NCBI GenBank assembly: GCA_021156265.1
Contig: JAJNBR010000001.1
Span: forward strand, 1-35,930
DNA from: Flavipsychrobacter sp.
GTDB taxonomy: Bacteria; Bacteroidota; Bacteroidia; Chitinophagales; Chitinophagaceae
DNA length: 35,930 nt
Reading direction: 5' to 3'
A program made the position numbers and the translations under genes. Below the pieces are notes generated by a model. That model was given only the letters and a program-made list of their open reading frames with translations, had not been told where the DNA came from and ran no database searches. Below are positions 1 through 10,040 of the stretch, piece by piece (position 1 is the first letter of the stretch; every line of letters begins with the position of its first letter).

Positions 1-310
1 TAGAGCAGCGCACCACCTAACGGGTGGGGTTCCGCGTCAGCGGGATACAGAAAGTGCCACAGAAAATAACCGCCTTCACATTGGGGGTAAGGGTGAAAAT
101 GTAGGGTAAGAGCCTACGATTCGCCGTGGTAACATGGCGAGAGGGTAAACCTTGCGCGCTGAAATGCCAAATAGGCGGACGATTGAGGGCGGCTCGCCCG
201 ATGTCCGTGGGTTGGCAGATAGATCACGCAAGCGATTGCGTGACCAGATAAATGATAGCCGTCTCAATGACCATTTGAGATTACAGAATCCGGCTTACAG
301 GTTTGTGGTT
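1..310 (+). ncRNA. rnpB: RNase P RNA (bacterial class A), 5' end outside window
   Basis: Conserved RNase P segments GAAAGTGCCACAGAAA (~50-65), GGGTGAAA..GGGTAAGAGCC, GGTAAACC and AGATAAATGAT, plus the 3' P4 strand ACAGAATCCGGCTTAC (~283-298). Exact 3' end is approximate. Confidence 0.95.
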
Positions 311-327
311 GTTTTGGTTAAATGATG

Positions 328-361
328 AAGCGCCGGTATTGTCCCGGCGCTTATTTTTTTA
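328..361 (+). terminator. Intrinsic terminator after rnpB
   Basis: AAGCGCCGG-tattgtc-CCGGCGCTT stem followed by a T run. Confidence 0.85.
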
Positions 362-379
362 TTGGTCTGTTAAGGTGCT

Positions 380-1963
380 TTATCGTTGTATCACCAGCTT
401 TTCCGTTCTCATTCCTTCCTGTGTCTGTAGTCGCAGCGTATACATTCCCGCCGGCAGGTCGGCAATAGAATACCTGAGCGCAGAGTAACCGCTTTCGATG
501 TGCCCACCAGCCATTAGCTTTTTAGCAACTTTTCCCGTGATGTCCACAAGGTCTATCGTTGCTGTTACCGATTTATCCAGGTGGCATTTTACGATCAGTT
601 CGTCGGTAGCAGGGTTGGGATATGGCTGAAACAGCACCTCGCCTTTGTAGTAGTTGCCTACTGAAAGATCGGCGGGCGTAGAAGTGTCGATCTTGATGTT
701 TTCATCGCCAGGCTGGTACTGCGTCCAGACAAAGAAGGTCAGCATCATTTCATCTGTAGTAGCTTCGCCGGCATTAACCACTTGAGGCGGGTTGCTGGGG
801 TTGAATGGATTGTTTGTTGTATTGTCGTAAAATGCCCGCGAATACAGCACTGTCCCTGCCGGCATTTTCAAGATATTACGGAACTGGTAGAACCCTTGCC
901 AATGAAAATCCCAGTTGTTGATCCGGATGAATTTTTGCGTATCGCTGCCTTTCACGCCGAATACGGAGATGTTTCTGCCTATCAGGTGCATGTGTGGCGC
1001 CACTCCTAGTATAGAGGCATCGCCTATCAGTGCGGAGACCGTTGATTGCTGGGTGAAAGTCTTCACCTGGTGGGCAGGTATCTGCAATGGCCAGGGCGTC
1101 ATGTTGGTATAAACACCCAGGTGATTGAGAATAGGATCTATGCGCACGTTCCTGACAGGAGTAGACGAAAAAAAGAAATGTATCTCGGTGCTATCCACTA
1201 GCCCGGTTGAGCCTTGCGGATAATGTATTTGAATGACAATTTTTGCGTTTTTCGGCAGGTTGATCCCGAAGCCTGTTGGCATTACAGTAGGCGAAGTGCC
1301 GGGTACCCATCCGCCGATCAGGATTGCATTGTTTGTTCCCACACCACCAAAGCTTTCATATCCCGGTCCTGGCCATGCGTTATCGAGACTATCGCAAACA
1401 CCGGTTGTGTCTGCATATACCAATACATGATGCACGATAGGTCGGTTTCCGGGTATTGCTTCAAAGGCTGTAATGAATTTATCAGCGCTTTGGCCATGTG
1501 GTACGACGAAGCATTGATAAACATCGTTGTTTGCGGCAGTAGACGTAAAATGAGGAATCTTTGTGACCAGGTCTGGCGTACCTGGCAGATCGCCATTAGG
1601 ATTGAATACCGGGTTTGGTGGGGCTAACGTCGGGTCACCCTGAGGCTTGCCATTATTGGCCCAGGCCAGTATTTTATCTATTTCTTTTTGCGATAATAAT
1701 CTTTCATGCGCCAGCCTCGTGTAAGTTGGGTCGGGCGGCCAGGGTGGCATACGTTTGGTCTGTACGGCGTTTGCAATACCGGATTGCGATGATGCATTGG
1801 CATAGCCAATGAGCGAGAAAGGGGCTATTCCACCTTGCCGGTGGCAGGAGGCGCATTTGTTATTGATTATAGGTGCAATATCTGTACTCCATACCGGTGT
1901 TTGTGCTTTTGTAGTAACACATGTAGCCAGCAGGGTACCGGTGAATAGTAGCAATCTTTTCAT
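380..1963 (-). CDS. T9SS type A sorting-domain protein with N-terminal CxxCH cytochrome-c-like domain and copper type II (PHM/DBH-like) monooxygenase domains
   Basis: Signal peptide; CASCH..APFSL..RMPPW; IVHHVL, QIHY, APHMH and DEMM motifs; C-terminal YPNPA...GMYTLRL...KLVIQR T9SS CTD. Confidence 0.85.
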   Translation of the reverse strand: MKRLLLFTGTLLATCVTTKAQTPVWSTDIAPIINNKCASCHRQGGIAPFSLIGYANASSQSGIANAVQTKRMPPWPPDPTYTRLAHERLLSQKEIDKILAWANNGKPQGDPTLAPPNPVFNPNGDLPGTPDLVTKIPHFTSTAANNDVYQCFVVPHGQSADKFITAFEAIPGNRPIVHHVLVYADTTGVCDSLDNAWPGPGYESFGGVGTNNAILIGGWVPGTSPTVMPTGFGINLPKNAKIVIQIHYPQGSTGLVDSTEIHFFFSSTPVRNVRIDPILNHLGVYTNMTPWPLQIPAHQVKTFTQQSTVSALIGDASILGVAPHMHLIGRNISVFGVKGSDTQKFIRINNWDFHWQGFYQFRNILKMPAGTVLYSRAFYDNTTNNPFNPSNPPQVVNAGEATTDEMMLTFFVWTQYQPGDENIKIDTSTPADLSVGNYYKGEVLFQPYPNPATDELIVKCHLDKSVTATIDLVDITGKVAKKLMAGGHIESGYSALRYSIADLPAGMYTLRLQTQEGMRTEKLVIQR

Positions 1964-2087
1964 TGGTGGTGCTTTATTTGCAAGATACGGAAAAACATTA
2001 CAATATATCTTAATCGATGACTGCAGAGTTTTACAGGTGTTTAACAGAGCAAAATGTTACAAATTCTGTAACACACGAGTTAGGTAT

Positions 2088-2095
2088 TATCTTTG
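2088..2095 (+). promoter_or_regulatory. Bacteroidota -7 promoter box for valS
   Basis: TATCTTTG matches TAnnTTTG, 28 nt upstream of the ATG at 2124. Confidence 0.65.
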
Positions 2096-2123
2096 CTCCC
2101 TTATAATTTGCGCTCAGCAACTC

Positions 2124-4754
2124 ATGGAACTAAGTAAGAACTTTCAGCACGGCCAGGCCGAACAAAATTGGTATGAACATTGGGAACGTTCGGGATACTT
2201 TAAATCTGTGCCCGACGAACGTCCGCCCTATACCATAGTCATACCTCCGCCCAACGTGACCGGGGTGCTGCACATGGGCCATGCGCTGAATAATACCATC
2301 CAGGATATACTGATCCGTCGCGCTAAGATGGAAGGTTACAACACCTGTTGGGTACCGGGCACCGATCACGCCTCTATTGCAACAGAGGCGAAGGTAGTAG
2401 CGATGCTTCGCGAAAAGGGTATTGACAAAAAGTCGCTATCGCGCGATGAGTTTCTGAAATACGCCTGGGAATGGAAGGAAAAATATGGTGGTATCATCCT
2501 GCAACAGCTGCGTAAGCTGGGTTGTTCTCTTGACTGGGACCGTACCAACTTCACCATGAACGACGATTATTACGCAGCTGTTATGCGCGTATTCGTTGAG
2601 CTGTACAATAAAGGCTACATCTATCGCGGCGTAAAGATGATCAACTGGGACCCCAGGGCAAAAACCGCTTTGAGTGACGAGGAAGTGATCTACAAACAAA
2701 CCAATTCAAAACTGGTTTACGTTCGCTACAAGATCGACAGCGATAAAGAAGAATACATCACCATAGCTACTGTTCGTCCGGAAACTATCCTAGGTGATAC
2801 TGCTGTATGCGTGCATCCTGAAGACGAGCGCTATGCGCACCTGAAAGGTAAATACTGCTTCGTACCGCTGGTAAACCGCCGCGTGCCAATTATCTTCGAT
2901 GACTACATCGACAAAGAATTTGGTACGGGCGCGTTGAAGGTGACACCTGCGCACGATATCAATGACTATAACCTTGGTCTGAAACACAACCTGCAGGTTA
3001 TCGATACATTGAACGACGATGGTACCATGAGCGAAGCCGCTCAGCTGTACATTGGTGAGGATCGTTTTGCTGTACGTAAGAAAATACTCGTTGATCTGGA
3101 GGCCGCAGGCAACCTGGTGAAAGTAGAAGATTATAGCAACCAGGTAGGTTTCTCTGAGCGTTCAGAGGCAGTTATCGAACCAAAACTTTCAGTACAGTGG
3201 TGGTGTGATGTAGAAAAGCTGGCAAAGCCTGCGTTGGATAATGTGATGAATGATACTGTCGAGCTGCATCCTCCTAAATTCAAAAACCTGTACCGTCACT
3301 GGGTAGGCAATATCAAAGACTGGTGCATCAGCCGCCAGCTTTGGTGGGGTCAGCGCATACCGGCATGGTACGATAGCGAAGGCACTATCTATGTAGCTAC
3401 CGATGCTGCAGGTGCTCACGAACAATACAAAACGAAAAAGCCCGAATTGGCTGCGAAGCAACCGGAGCTAAGACAAGATGAAGACGTATTGGATACATGG
3501 TTCAGCAGTTGGTTATGGCCCATGCAGGTGTTTGGCTGGAACAAAGATCCCAACAACGCGGAGCTGAAATATTACTACCCTACAAGCACGTTGGTAACGG
3601 GCTTCGATATCATCTTCTTTTGGGTAGCGCGCATGATTATGGCGGGCTACGAGTTCATGGGTGAAAAACCATTCAAGCGCGTGTACTTTACCGGTATGGT
3701 GCGCGACAAAGAAGGCAAGAAAATGAGTAAGCAGTTCGGTAACTCACCTGACCTGCTGAAACTGATAGAACAGTTTGGCGCCGACGCATTGCGCTTCAGC
3801 GTAATGATATCTGCGCCGGCTGGTAATGACCTGCTGTATGATGAATCAGCATTAGAGCAGGGCCGCAACTTCAGCAACAAGATGTGGAATGCTACCAAGC
3901 TGGTAAAGATGTGGGAAGGCAGGGTAGCAGACGGTGTTGAATCAAATGCAAGCTTTGCTATAGATTGGATGGAGAATCGCGTAGCTGACGCTTCGGCAGA
4001 AGTTGCGGATATGATGAAGGATTTCCGTCTGAGCGAAGCGTTGAAGACCATCTACTCCCTGATATGGGATGACTTTTGCTCCTGGTACCTGGAGTGGGTG
4101 AAACCGGCACAGGACCAGCCAATGAGCCGTGAAGTGTATGACCGCACTGTAAGTATCTATGAAAACCTGCTGCAGTTGTTGCACCCCTACATGCCGTTCA
4201 TTACCGAAGAGATCTACCATTCACTGCGTGAGCGTAAAGACAGCGACGACCTGGTGGTAAAGCAACTACCCGCAACCAGGGTAGCCGACAAAGCTGTATT
4301 GAAAGATGCCGCTATGCTGCAGGAACTGATGACAGCCATTCGTGATACACGTAATAAGAACCAACTGAAGCCGAAAGAGACGATCAAGCTGTGGATAGAT
4401 ACTGCCCAGCAGGATTTCTACAAGAAGATAGAACCTATCCTGGCAAGGCAGGTAAACGCCGAGCAGATCGGTTTTACCAGCGAAGCTAAACAAGGCAGCA
4501 TTTCGATAGTAGTGCAAACTGATAAGCTATATATAGAAGCAGATGCCGCCAGTATGGATACCGGCGTGCAGAAAGAACAAATGCAAAAAGAGCTGGATTA
4601 CCTGAAAGGGTTCCTGGTGAGTATTGATAAGAAATTGGGTAATGAACGCTTTGTGCAGAATGCCAAACCTGAGATAATAGATATTGAGCGTAAAAAGCAG
4701 GCCGATGCTTTAGCCAAAATAAAAGCTATTGAAGAAAGCCTGAGTTTGTTATAA
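2124..4754 (+). CDS. valS: Valine--tRNA ligase
   Basis: PPPNVTGVLHMGH (HIGH), DWCISRQLWWG, DVLDTWFSS, KMSKQ and a C-terminal coiled coil. Start placed at MELSKNF (2124), not the ORF-track start at 1809. Confidence 0.98.
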   Translation: MELSKNFQHGQAEQNWYEHWERSGYFKSVPDERPPYTIVIPPPNVTGVLHMGHALNNTIQDILIRRAKMEGYNTCWVPGTDHASIATEAKVVAMLREKGIDKKSLSRDEFLKYAWEWKEKYGGIILQQLRKLGCSLDWDRTNFTMNDDYYAAVMRVFVELYNKGYIYRGVKMINWDPRAKTALSDEEVIYKQTNSKLVYVRYKIDSDKEEYITIATVRPETILGDTAVCVHPEDERYAHLKGKYCFVPLVNRRVPIIFDDYIDKEFGTGALKVTPAHDINDYNLGLKHNLQVIDTLNDDGTMSEAAQLYIGEDRFAVRKKILVDLEAAGNLVKVEDYSNQVGFSERSEAVIEPKLSVQWWCDVEKLAKPALDNVMNDTVELHPPKFKNLYRHWVGNIKDWCISRQLWWGQRIPAWYDSEGTIYVATDAAGAHEQYKTKKPELAAKQPELRQDEDVLDTWFSSWLWPMQVFGWNKDPNNAELKYYYPTSTLVTGFDIIFFWVARMIMAGYEFMGEKPFKRVYFTGMVRDKEGKKMSKQFGNSPDLLKLIEQFGADALRFSVMISAPAGNDLLYDESALEQGRNFSNKMWNATKLVKMWEGRVADGVESNASFAIDWMENRVADASAEVADMMKDFRLSEALKTIYSLIWDDFCSWYLEWVKPAQDQPMSREVYDRTVSIYENLLQLLHPYMPFITEEIYHSLRERKDSDDLVVKQLPATRVADKAVLKDAAMLQELMTAIRDTRNKNQLKPKETIKLWIDTAQQDFYKKIEPILARQVNAEQIGFTSEAKQGSISIVVQTDKLYIEADAASMDTGVQKEQMQKELDYLKGFLVSIDKKLGNERFVQNAKPEIIDIERKKQADALAKIKAIEESLSLL

Positions 4755-4764
4755 CTTTAAGGAA

Positions 4765-5235
4765 ATGAATAAAAGAGTAAAATTTGTTGTGATGTTGCTT
4801 TTGCTGGTGTCTGTAACCGTATGGGCGCAAACGAAAGATAGGAAGGTAGTCAAGCCTGCGGTAAAACGTATCCCGGTTTACCTCGGTCGCTCGGCTATTA
4901 CTGACGGTAGTAAGGTGAGCAAAAAAACTTTTGATTCATTGTTGAAACAAGGCCTCACGTCGCGTGACTCACTTGGATCGCCCTATAGCGTTGACGGGTT
5001 TGCACTTACATATGGCGAGCGCAACCTGTACGAGGACTCTATTGGCAACCTGATGTGGATAACCGATCACCTGGTTGAATATTGTATGGGCGACAGCCTG
5101 ACAACATTCCTGCTGAACAACATCACAGAGCGTTCAAAACCTGGCGATACGGTTTATTTTGACCAGATCACCGTGCGTTCTGCCCAAGGTAAAGCCGAAC
5201 CGGGGAAAGGTATCAGGCTGGTGCTGACAAAGTAG
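4765..5235 (+). CDS. Exported hypothetical protein, possibly GldM C-terminal-like domain
   Basis: Signal peptide (VWA|Q); 10 nt downstream of valS; C-terminal ..KPGDTVYFDQITVRS..G pattern. Confidence 0.75.
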   Translation: MNKRVKFVVMLLLLVSVTVWAQTKDRKVVKPAVKRIPVYLGRSAITDGSKVSKKTFDSLLKQGLTSRDSLGSPYSVDGFALTYGERNLYEDSIGNLMWITDHLVEYCMGDSLTTFLLNNITERSKPGDTVYFDQITVRSAQGKAEPGKGIRLVLTK

Positions 5236-5236
5236 A

Positions 5237-6184
5237 CTAGTTCACCAGTAGCAGGTTCACGCTACGCTGCAGGATGTTGAAGGCGATCTCAGCCATCAGG
5301 TTTTCCTTGTCCAGCGTCGGGTTTACCTCTGTCACTTCAAAGCAGCAGATCTTATGGTTTTGCATGAACGAAGCTATAAGATCTTCTGCTTCTCTTTCTT
5401 TCAGTCCATTGCTTACCGGTGTACCCGTACCGCGCGAGATAGAGCTGTCCAGGCTATCCACGTCAAATGATACATAAATATCATCGCAGGCGCTGAGATG
5501 GAGTAGCGCAGAGCGCACAACGCTTTCCACACCCTTACGGCGTACTTCCTGTGTAGGTATAACTTTGATGCCGTATTTCTTGATCAGGTGTTCTTCTTCC
5601 TTTTCAAAATCGCGCATCGCGATATAAACAATGTCAGAAGGATTAATCTTCGGTTGGATCTTACCAATACTTTTCAGCTTATTCCAGAAATCTACGGTTT
5701 GCGCGTCGGGATTATGTACCTGGCTTTCTATATTATCCTCAGCTAGTGCAGTAGCCAGCGGCATACCGTGCATATTCCCCGATGGGGTTGTATACGGTGT
5801 GTGAAGGTCGGCATGCGCGTCTATCCATATCACACCAAGCCTGTTTTTTGGACGGGCCATTTTAATGCCGGCGATGGTGCCGCCGGCCGTGCTATGGTCG
5901 CCTGCCAGCACCAATGGGAACAGTCCTGATTTTAAAGTATCTGAAACCGACTTAGCCACGCGCTCGTACATGGTATAAACACCTTGTATACGCTTGGCGT
6001 AGGGCGAAGCTACCGGTTCATATAAAAGACGGTTTTCGTTCTCTACCTGTTCAGAAGGAAAGTTGACAAAAAAGCTGCTCATAAAATCGAGCGCTGCTAT
6101 TCGTATGGCATCTATGCCCAGGCTTGCGCCTCTTGTTCCTGCTCCTATCTCAGATCTTACTTCTATGATCTTAATATTGCGCAT
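5237..6184 (-). CDS. rocF: Arginase
   Basis: LAGDHS, WIDAHAD, SGNMHGMP, SFDVDSLD, GTGTP and EVTEVNP ureohydrolase motifs. ATG at 6184 preferred over TTG at 6193, which lies inside the -7 box. Confidence 0.93.
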   Translation of the reverse strand: MRNIKIIEVRSEIGAGTRGASLGIDAIRIAALDFMSSFFVNFPSEQVENENRLLYEPVASPYAKRIQGVYTMYERVAKSVSDTLKSGLFPLVLAGDHSTAGGTIAGIKMARPKNRLGVIWIDAHADLHTPYTTPSGNMHGMPLATALAEDNIESQVHNPDAQTVDFWNKLKSIGKIQPKINPSDIVYIAMRDFEKEEEHLIKKYGIKVIPTQEVRRKGVESVVRSALLHLSACDDIYVSFDVDSLDSSISRGTGTPVSNGLKEREAEDLIASFMQNHKICCFEVTEVNPTLDKENLMAEIAFNILQRSVNLLLVN

Positions 6185-6232
6185 ATGCGCCAAAGATATT
6201 AAATGCGGTGCGCATCAGCAAAAGCGTGCATA

Positions 6233-8665
6233 TTAGAACGGATAACCGATACCTATGGTCAACACCAGGTTCTCCTTATACCAGCCCTTATATGCGAACA
6301 TATCATCAAACGCCCAGCCACTCCTGATTATGGTGCCGTTAATATCTGTTTCCGGTTTGTAGTCCGGTCTTTTTACCGGTATGCCAACATCGGCCCGCAC
6401 GAGAAACAGGCCCGCGATATCCAGGCGTGCGCCCGTACCTACGTTGATCGCAAGGTCAGGCCCGAGTTTGCTGAAGGTAAATTCTCCGTCCGGGTATGCC
6501 TCTGTCTTCCGGGCCAGCCATATATTACCGGCATCTGCGAACAACGCGCTTTTCAGATTTAATGCTCCTGCAAACAGTTGCACTACATCAAACCGGTATT
6601 CACCATTCAACTCCAGCCGGATATCACCCGTTCGGTCAATTACGTTAGTTCCGGTCTGCTGCAGTGAATCGTCTACATAGCTACCCGGACCAAGGGTGCG
6701 TATCCTGAAGCCACGAAGGCTATACGCGCCGCCCACGTAGTATTGTTTCAGGTAAGGCAACGTTATGGAGTTGCCGTAAGGCAGGCCTACGCCGCCGATG
6801 AACCTGAAGGCCCATGCCGAATGGCGTCTTGGTACAAAATGTTGTATATCGAAGTCAAACTTCAGGTATTGGGAATATGCAAAACTATCGAGTCCGGGGA
6901 TAAACGTATTCAAGCCGCGGAGTATACCGCCTGCTTCTTCTGCACCAATGCGCGCATAGAAATAGTTTTTGCCAAACCTTTTTTCACGGTCGGTAAATGT
7001 GAAGGCAACGTTTTCCCCCTCTATGAATGTTTCCGTGTAAGCATTTTTCAGCCATGTGTTCCTGCGGAGCAGGTTATTGAATGAGTCGGAGGTGACCGGC
7101 AGCCGGATAAGGTTGGCGAATATCGGTGTCAGCTCCCAGTTCTTGGTAGAAGTTTCCCTCCATTTATACCTGAAGTTCACTGAAGAGTTGACGATCGTAA
7201 AATATTTGACACGTTCCTGTATCGCGGTACCAAGTATCAGTTCGGTACGCGGTATGTTCTTCTTGCTGATTGTCTGCGACCGGAAAGGCAAAAGGAATTT
7301 AGGAAAGTCGAGACCGACGTTCACACCCAGGGTTCGCGTCAGGGTGTGAAAACGATCAATAAAGTTATTGCCATTGGTATCGTGCGTCATTTCTATACCA
7401 CCGCTTACGGTAAGGGTCAGCATGTTGCCGCCACGGCCGAAATTCCTGTTGCGCAGGCTTACAGACAGAGCCTGGCCCAATTGGTAGGTTGTACCACTTG
7501 ATGCTTCAATGTTGGTATTGAAATCAAACCTCTCCGCAGGCGTTAAAAATACGTTTGCATTCAGCCACCCCGGCCCGCGGGTAGTGTCTTCGCTAAAACT
7601 AATGCGGATGGACTGAAAGGAACCGAGTTCGTTTAGCTTGTTTACTGTCTGGTCATATTCCTTCTGCGAATAATAGCGATCAGGTTCAATAAAGAGATGG
7701 CGGTAAATAATGTTCTCGCGTATATAGTAATTATGATACTTGAAAGTAACCTTGCCGATAGCCTTCTGGATCATCGTGGTGTCACGAAAGTCCGGTCCGC
7801 CCTTATAGTCGGGAAACACGCGCACGCGGCTGATGCCATAACGGTAATAGGCAGACGGGTCCTCGTCTGCGCGAATAATGATCCTGATATCCAGCGTTGG
7901 CTTGCGTTCGTTCTTTTGGAGCGCAAGAACATTGATAGCATCTTCTATCAGGTTTTCGTCAGCCCTTGCCCTCCGCTTATTAACGGTATCCAGTTCAAAG
8001 CTGATATTGTTATTGGATATCTTGTAATAACCCTGGTTGCGTAGTACGGTTATCAGGCGCGTACGTTCTTCTTCAAGCAGGCCGTAAGTAAATTCTATGC
8101 CCGGTTTTAGCACCGTGGCTTGTTCATTCAGTTTTATGAACGAGTTAACGGTACTGTCGTCAATGTCATAATACAGGTCGTTGATAAGATAGTTGGGACC
8201 TGTGTTTACAAAATAAGTAACAGATGCTTTTTTGTCTTTGAGTTTGGTAGTGTCGGTGACAATAGAGTAAAAGTATCCCTGGTTGAAGAGGTAGCCGCGC
8301 ATATTCAAAGCCGAACGTCGCTTAGAGCTGCTATCATAGATAACGGGAGGTTCTACCGTTTTTGACCGCAACTGGAAATTGGCGCTGTCGCGTTGAAATT
8401 TATTATAGCGCCAGTTGTACAATATCAGTTTGTAAGGAATACCTAAAAAACGGGTATTCGGTTTCTGCACGATGATCGCTTCAAGGTTATCTTTTATTTC
8501 GCCTTTCCGCGTGATGTTTTGCTTCGATCTTAGCTTGACGGTGTTACTTTTCAGCAGGTACTCGCCGTCTTTCAGGTGGCGGGTAATGTTGCAGCTTCCT
8601 GATACAAGCAGCACTGTAAGCAGCGATAATGCGTAGAGTGCGAAAACAATTCTTCTATGACTCAT
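6233..8665 (-). CDS. tamL: Omp85 (BamA/TamA family) outer-membrane lipoprotein, TamL-like
   Basis: Lipobox (VSGS|C), POTRA-like N-terminal half, YYVGGAYSLRGF loop-6 motif, C-terminal IGIGYPF. The tamL symbol is inferred from the lipoprotein Omp85 architecture and the divergent TrmH neighbour. Confidence 0.85.
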   Translation of the reverse strand: MSHRRIVFALYALSLLTVLLVSGSCNITRHLKDGEYLLKSNTVKLRSKQNITRKGEIKDNLEAIIVQKPNTRFLGIPYKLILYNWRYNKFQRDSANFQLRSKTVEPPVIYDSSSKRRSALNMRGYLFNQGYFYSIVTDTTKLKDKKASVTYFVNTGPNYLINDLYYDIDDSTVNSFIKLNEQATVLKPGIEFTYGLLEEERTRLITVLRNQGYYKISNNNISFELDTVNKRRARADENLIEDAINVLALQKNERKPTLDIRIIIRADEDPSAYYRYGISRVRVFPDYKGGPDFRDTTMIQKAIGKVTFKYHNYYIRENIIYRHLFIEPDRYYSQKEYDQTVNKLNELGSFQSIRISFSEDTTRGPGWLNANVFLTPAERFDFNTNIEASSGTTYQLGQALSVSLRNRNFGRGGNMLTLTVSGGIEMTHDTNGNNFIDRFHTLTRTLGVNVGLDFPKFLLPFRSQTISKKNIPRTELILGTAIQERVKYFTIVNSSVNFRYKWRETSTKNWELTPIFANLIRLPVTSDSFNNLLRRNTWLKNAYTETFIEGENVAFTFTDREKRFGKNYFYARIGAEEAGGILRGLNTFIPGLDSFAYSQYLKFDFDIQHFVPRRHSAWAFRFIGGVGLPYGNSITLPYLKQYYVGGAYSLRGFRIRTLGPGSYVDDSLQQTGTNVIDRTGDIRLELNGEYRFDVVQLFAGALNLKSALFADAGNIWLARKTEAYPDGEFTFSKLGPDLAINVGTGARLDIAGLFLVRADVGIPVKRPDYKPETDINGTIIRSGWAFDDMFAYKGWYKENLVLTIGIGYPF

Positions 8666-8701
8666 GTATCAGGTTAAGACAATTCAATTAGCTTTGCTCC
8701 T

Positions 8702-9442
8702 ATGTTGTCGAAGGCGCAAAATAAATATATTCGGTCGTTATCGCTGCAAAAATATCGCAAAGAACACAATGTATTTATAGCCGAGGGCGACAAAATAGCC
8801 CGCGAATGGCTGGATTCAGATGCACGCATTCAACATATCGCTGTTACGGAGGAATGGGCCGGTGATAACCGCGCGCTTATCAATAGACATCCCGAAGCCG
8901 CCCTACATATTGTGGATGACGATCAACTGAAGTCCATTTCCACGCTGCAAACACCTCACCATGTATTATTGGTAGTGCATGCGAACAGACCGGGCGACGA
9001 GATGCCAGCTAATGAATGGTGCATTGTACTGGACGATATACAGGATCCAGGTAATATGGGCACCATCATCCGTATAGCCGACTGGTTTGGTGTAAAGCAT
9101 GTTATTTGCTCTCCGGGATGCGTGGAGATATACAACCCGAAAGTCGTACAGTCCGCCATGGGTGGACATTTGCGCGTCAACATCCGCACTGCGCCGCTCG
9201 ATGATTTTTTGCAGCAGGCTAACATGCCTGTTTACGCTGCCTCCCTGCATGGCCAGAATATTTACGAGGTTTCCAAACCCACTTACGGTGTGCTGGTAAT
9301 AGGCAACGAATCAAAAGGTATTTCCGAAGCGATCCTGGATAGGGCCCAACACAAGATCACCATTCCTCGGCTCGGAGGAGCAGAGTCTTTGAACGCCGCG
9401 GTATCTGCGGGAATTATCTGCGCGCTTCTTATGGGGCGGTAG
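8702..9442 (+). CDS. TrmH/SpoU family RNA methyltransferase
   Basis: IQDPGNMGTIIRIADWFG, VIGNESKGIS and ESLNAAVS SPOUT motifs. Confidence 0.93.
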   Translation: MLSKAQNKYIRSLSLQKYRKEHNVFIAEGDKIAREWLDSDARIQHIAVTEEWAGDNRALINRHPEAALHIVDDDQLKSISTLQTPHHVLLVVHANRPGDEMPANEWCIVLDDIQDPGNMGTIIRIADWFGVKHVICSPGCVEIYNPKVVQSAMGGHLRVNIRTAPLDDFLQQANMPVYAASLHGQNIYEVSKPTYGVLVIGNESKGISEAILDRAQHKITIPRLGGAESLNAAVSAGIICALLMGR

Positions 9443-10040
9443 CTGTCGTTTTAACCTTTAGCGGCTTGTTAAGGTCATACAACCTGTTGTAAACATTACC
9501 GGTCAATATACCAGCCGCTGCACCCAGCATACCGCCGCAGATCACATCGAGTGGAAAGTGTACCCCTACATAGACCTGTGCATAGCCTATCATCAGCGCC
9601 CAGGTCATCGTCATCCACCAAATGCCTTTTACCTTGCTGTGCAGGGTAGTAGCCATAAACACGCCCAGTGCAAAATGATTGGCCGCGTGTGCGCTGGGAA
9701 AACTCGGCCCGCTGCCGCAGGGCACTATGTTATGCACCATCGTTTGCAGAAAGGGGGTATTGCAGGGCCTCATACGCACGAAAATGGGTTTTAGCACAGA
9801 GGCGCTCAGGTAATCGCTGATGGCGAAAGTGAGCAGGAAAAAAATACACCACATCCAACCCCGCCTGCCAAAGTTCATGGTCATGAACATAAGCAGGAAC
9901 AAATAAAGCGGTGCCCACGACCACTGGTTGCGGAAGAAAGGCATGATGGCATCCAGGATATAGTTATGCCATTCGGTATTGAGGTAGTACCACAGCCCGT
10001 AGTCAAATGTTATCAGGAAATTTTGAATGTCCTGCAGCAT
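9429..10040 (-). CDS. PAP2 family membrane phosphatase
   Basis: KPIFVRMRP, SFPSAHA and VYVGVHFPLDV motifs; hydrophobic helices. Confidence 0.9.
   Translation of the reverse strand: MLQDIQNFLITFDYGLWYYLNTEWHNYILDAIMPFFRNQWSWAPLYLFLLMFMTMNFGRRGWMWCIFFLLTFAISDYLSASVLKPIFVRMRPCNTPFLQTMVHNIVPCGSGPSFPSAHAANHFALGVFMATTLHSKVKGIWWMTMTWALMIGYAQVYVGVHFPLDVICGGMLGAAAGILTGNVYNRLYDLNKPLKVKTTATAP

Noticed and set aside
76-267. 63-aa minus-strand ORF
   Set aside because: Antisense to the RNase P RNA; a common spurious call
1809-2123. 105-aa N-terminal extension of ValS
   Set aside because: Overlaps the divergent gene and the promoter; ValS similarity begins at 2124
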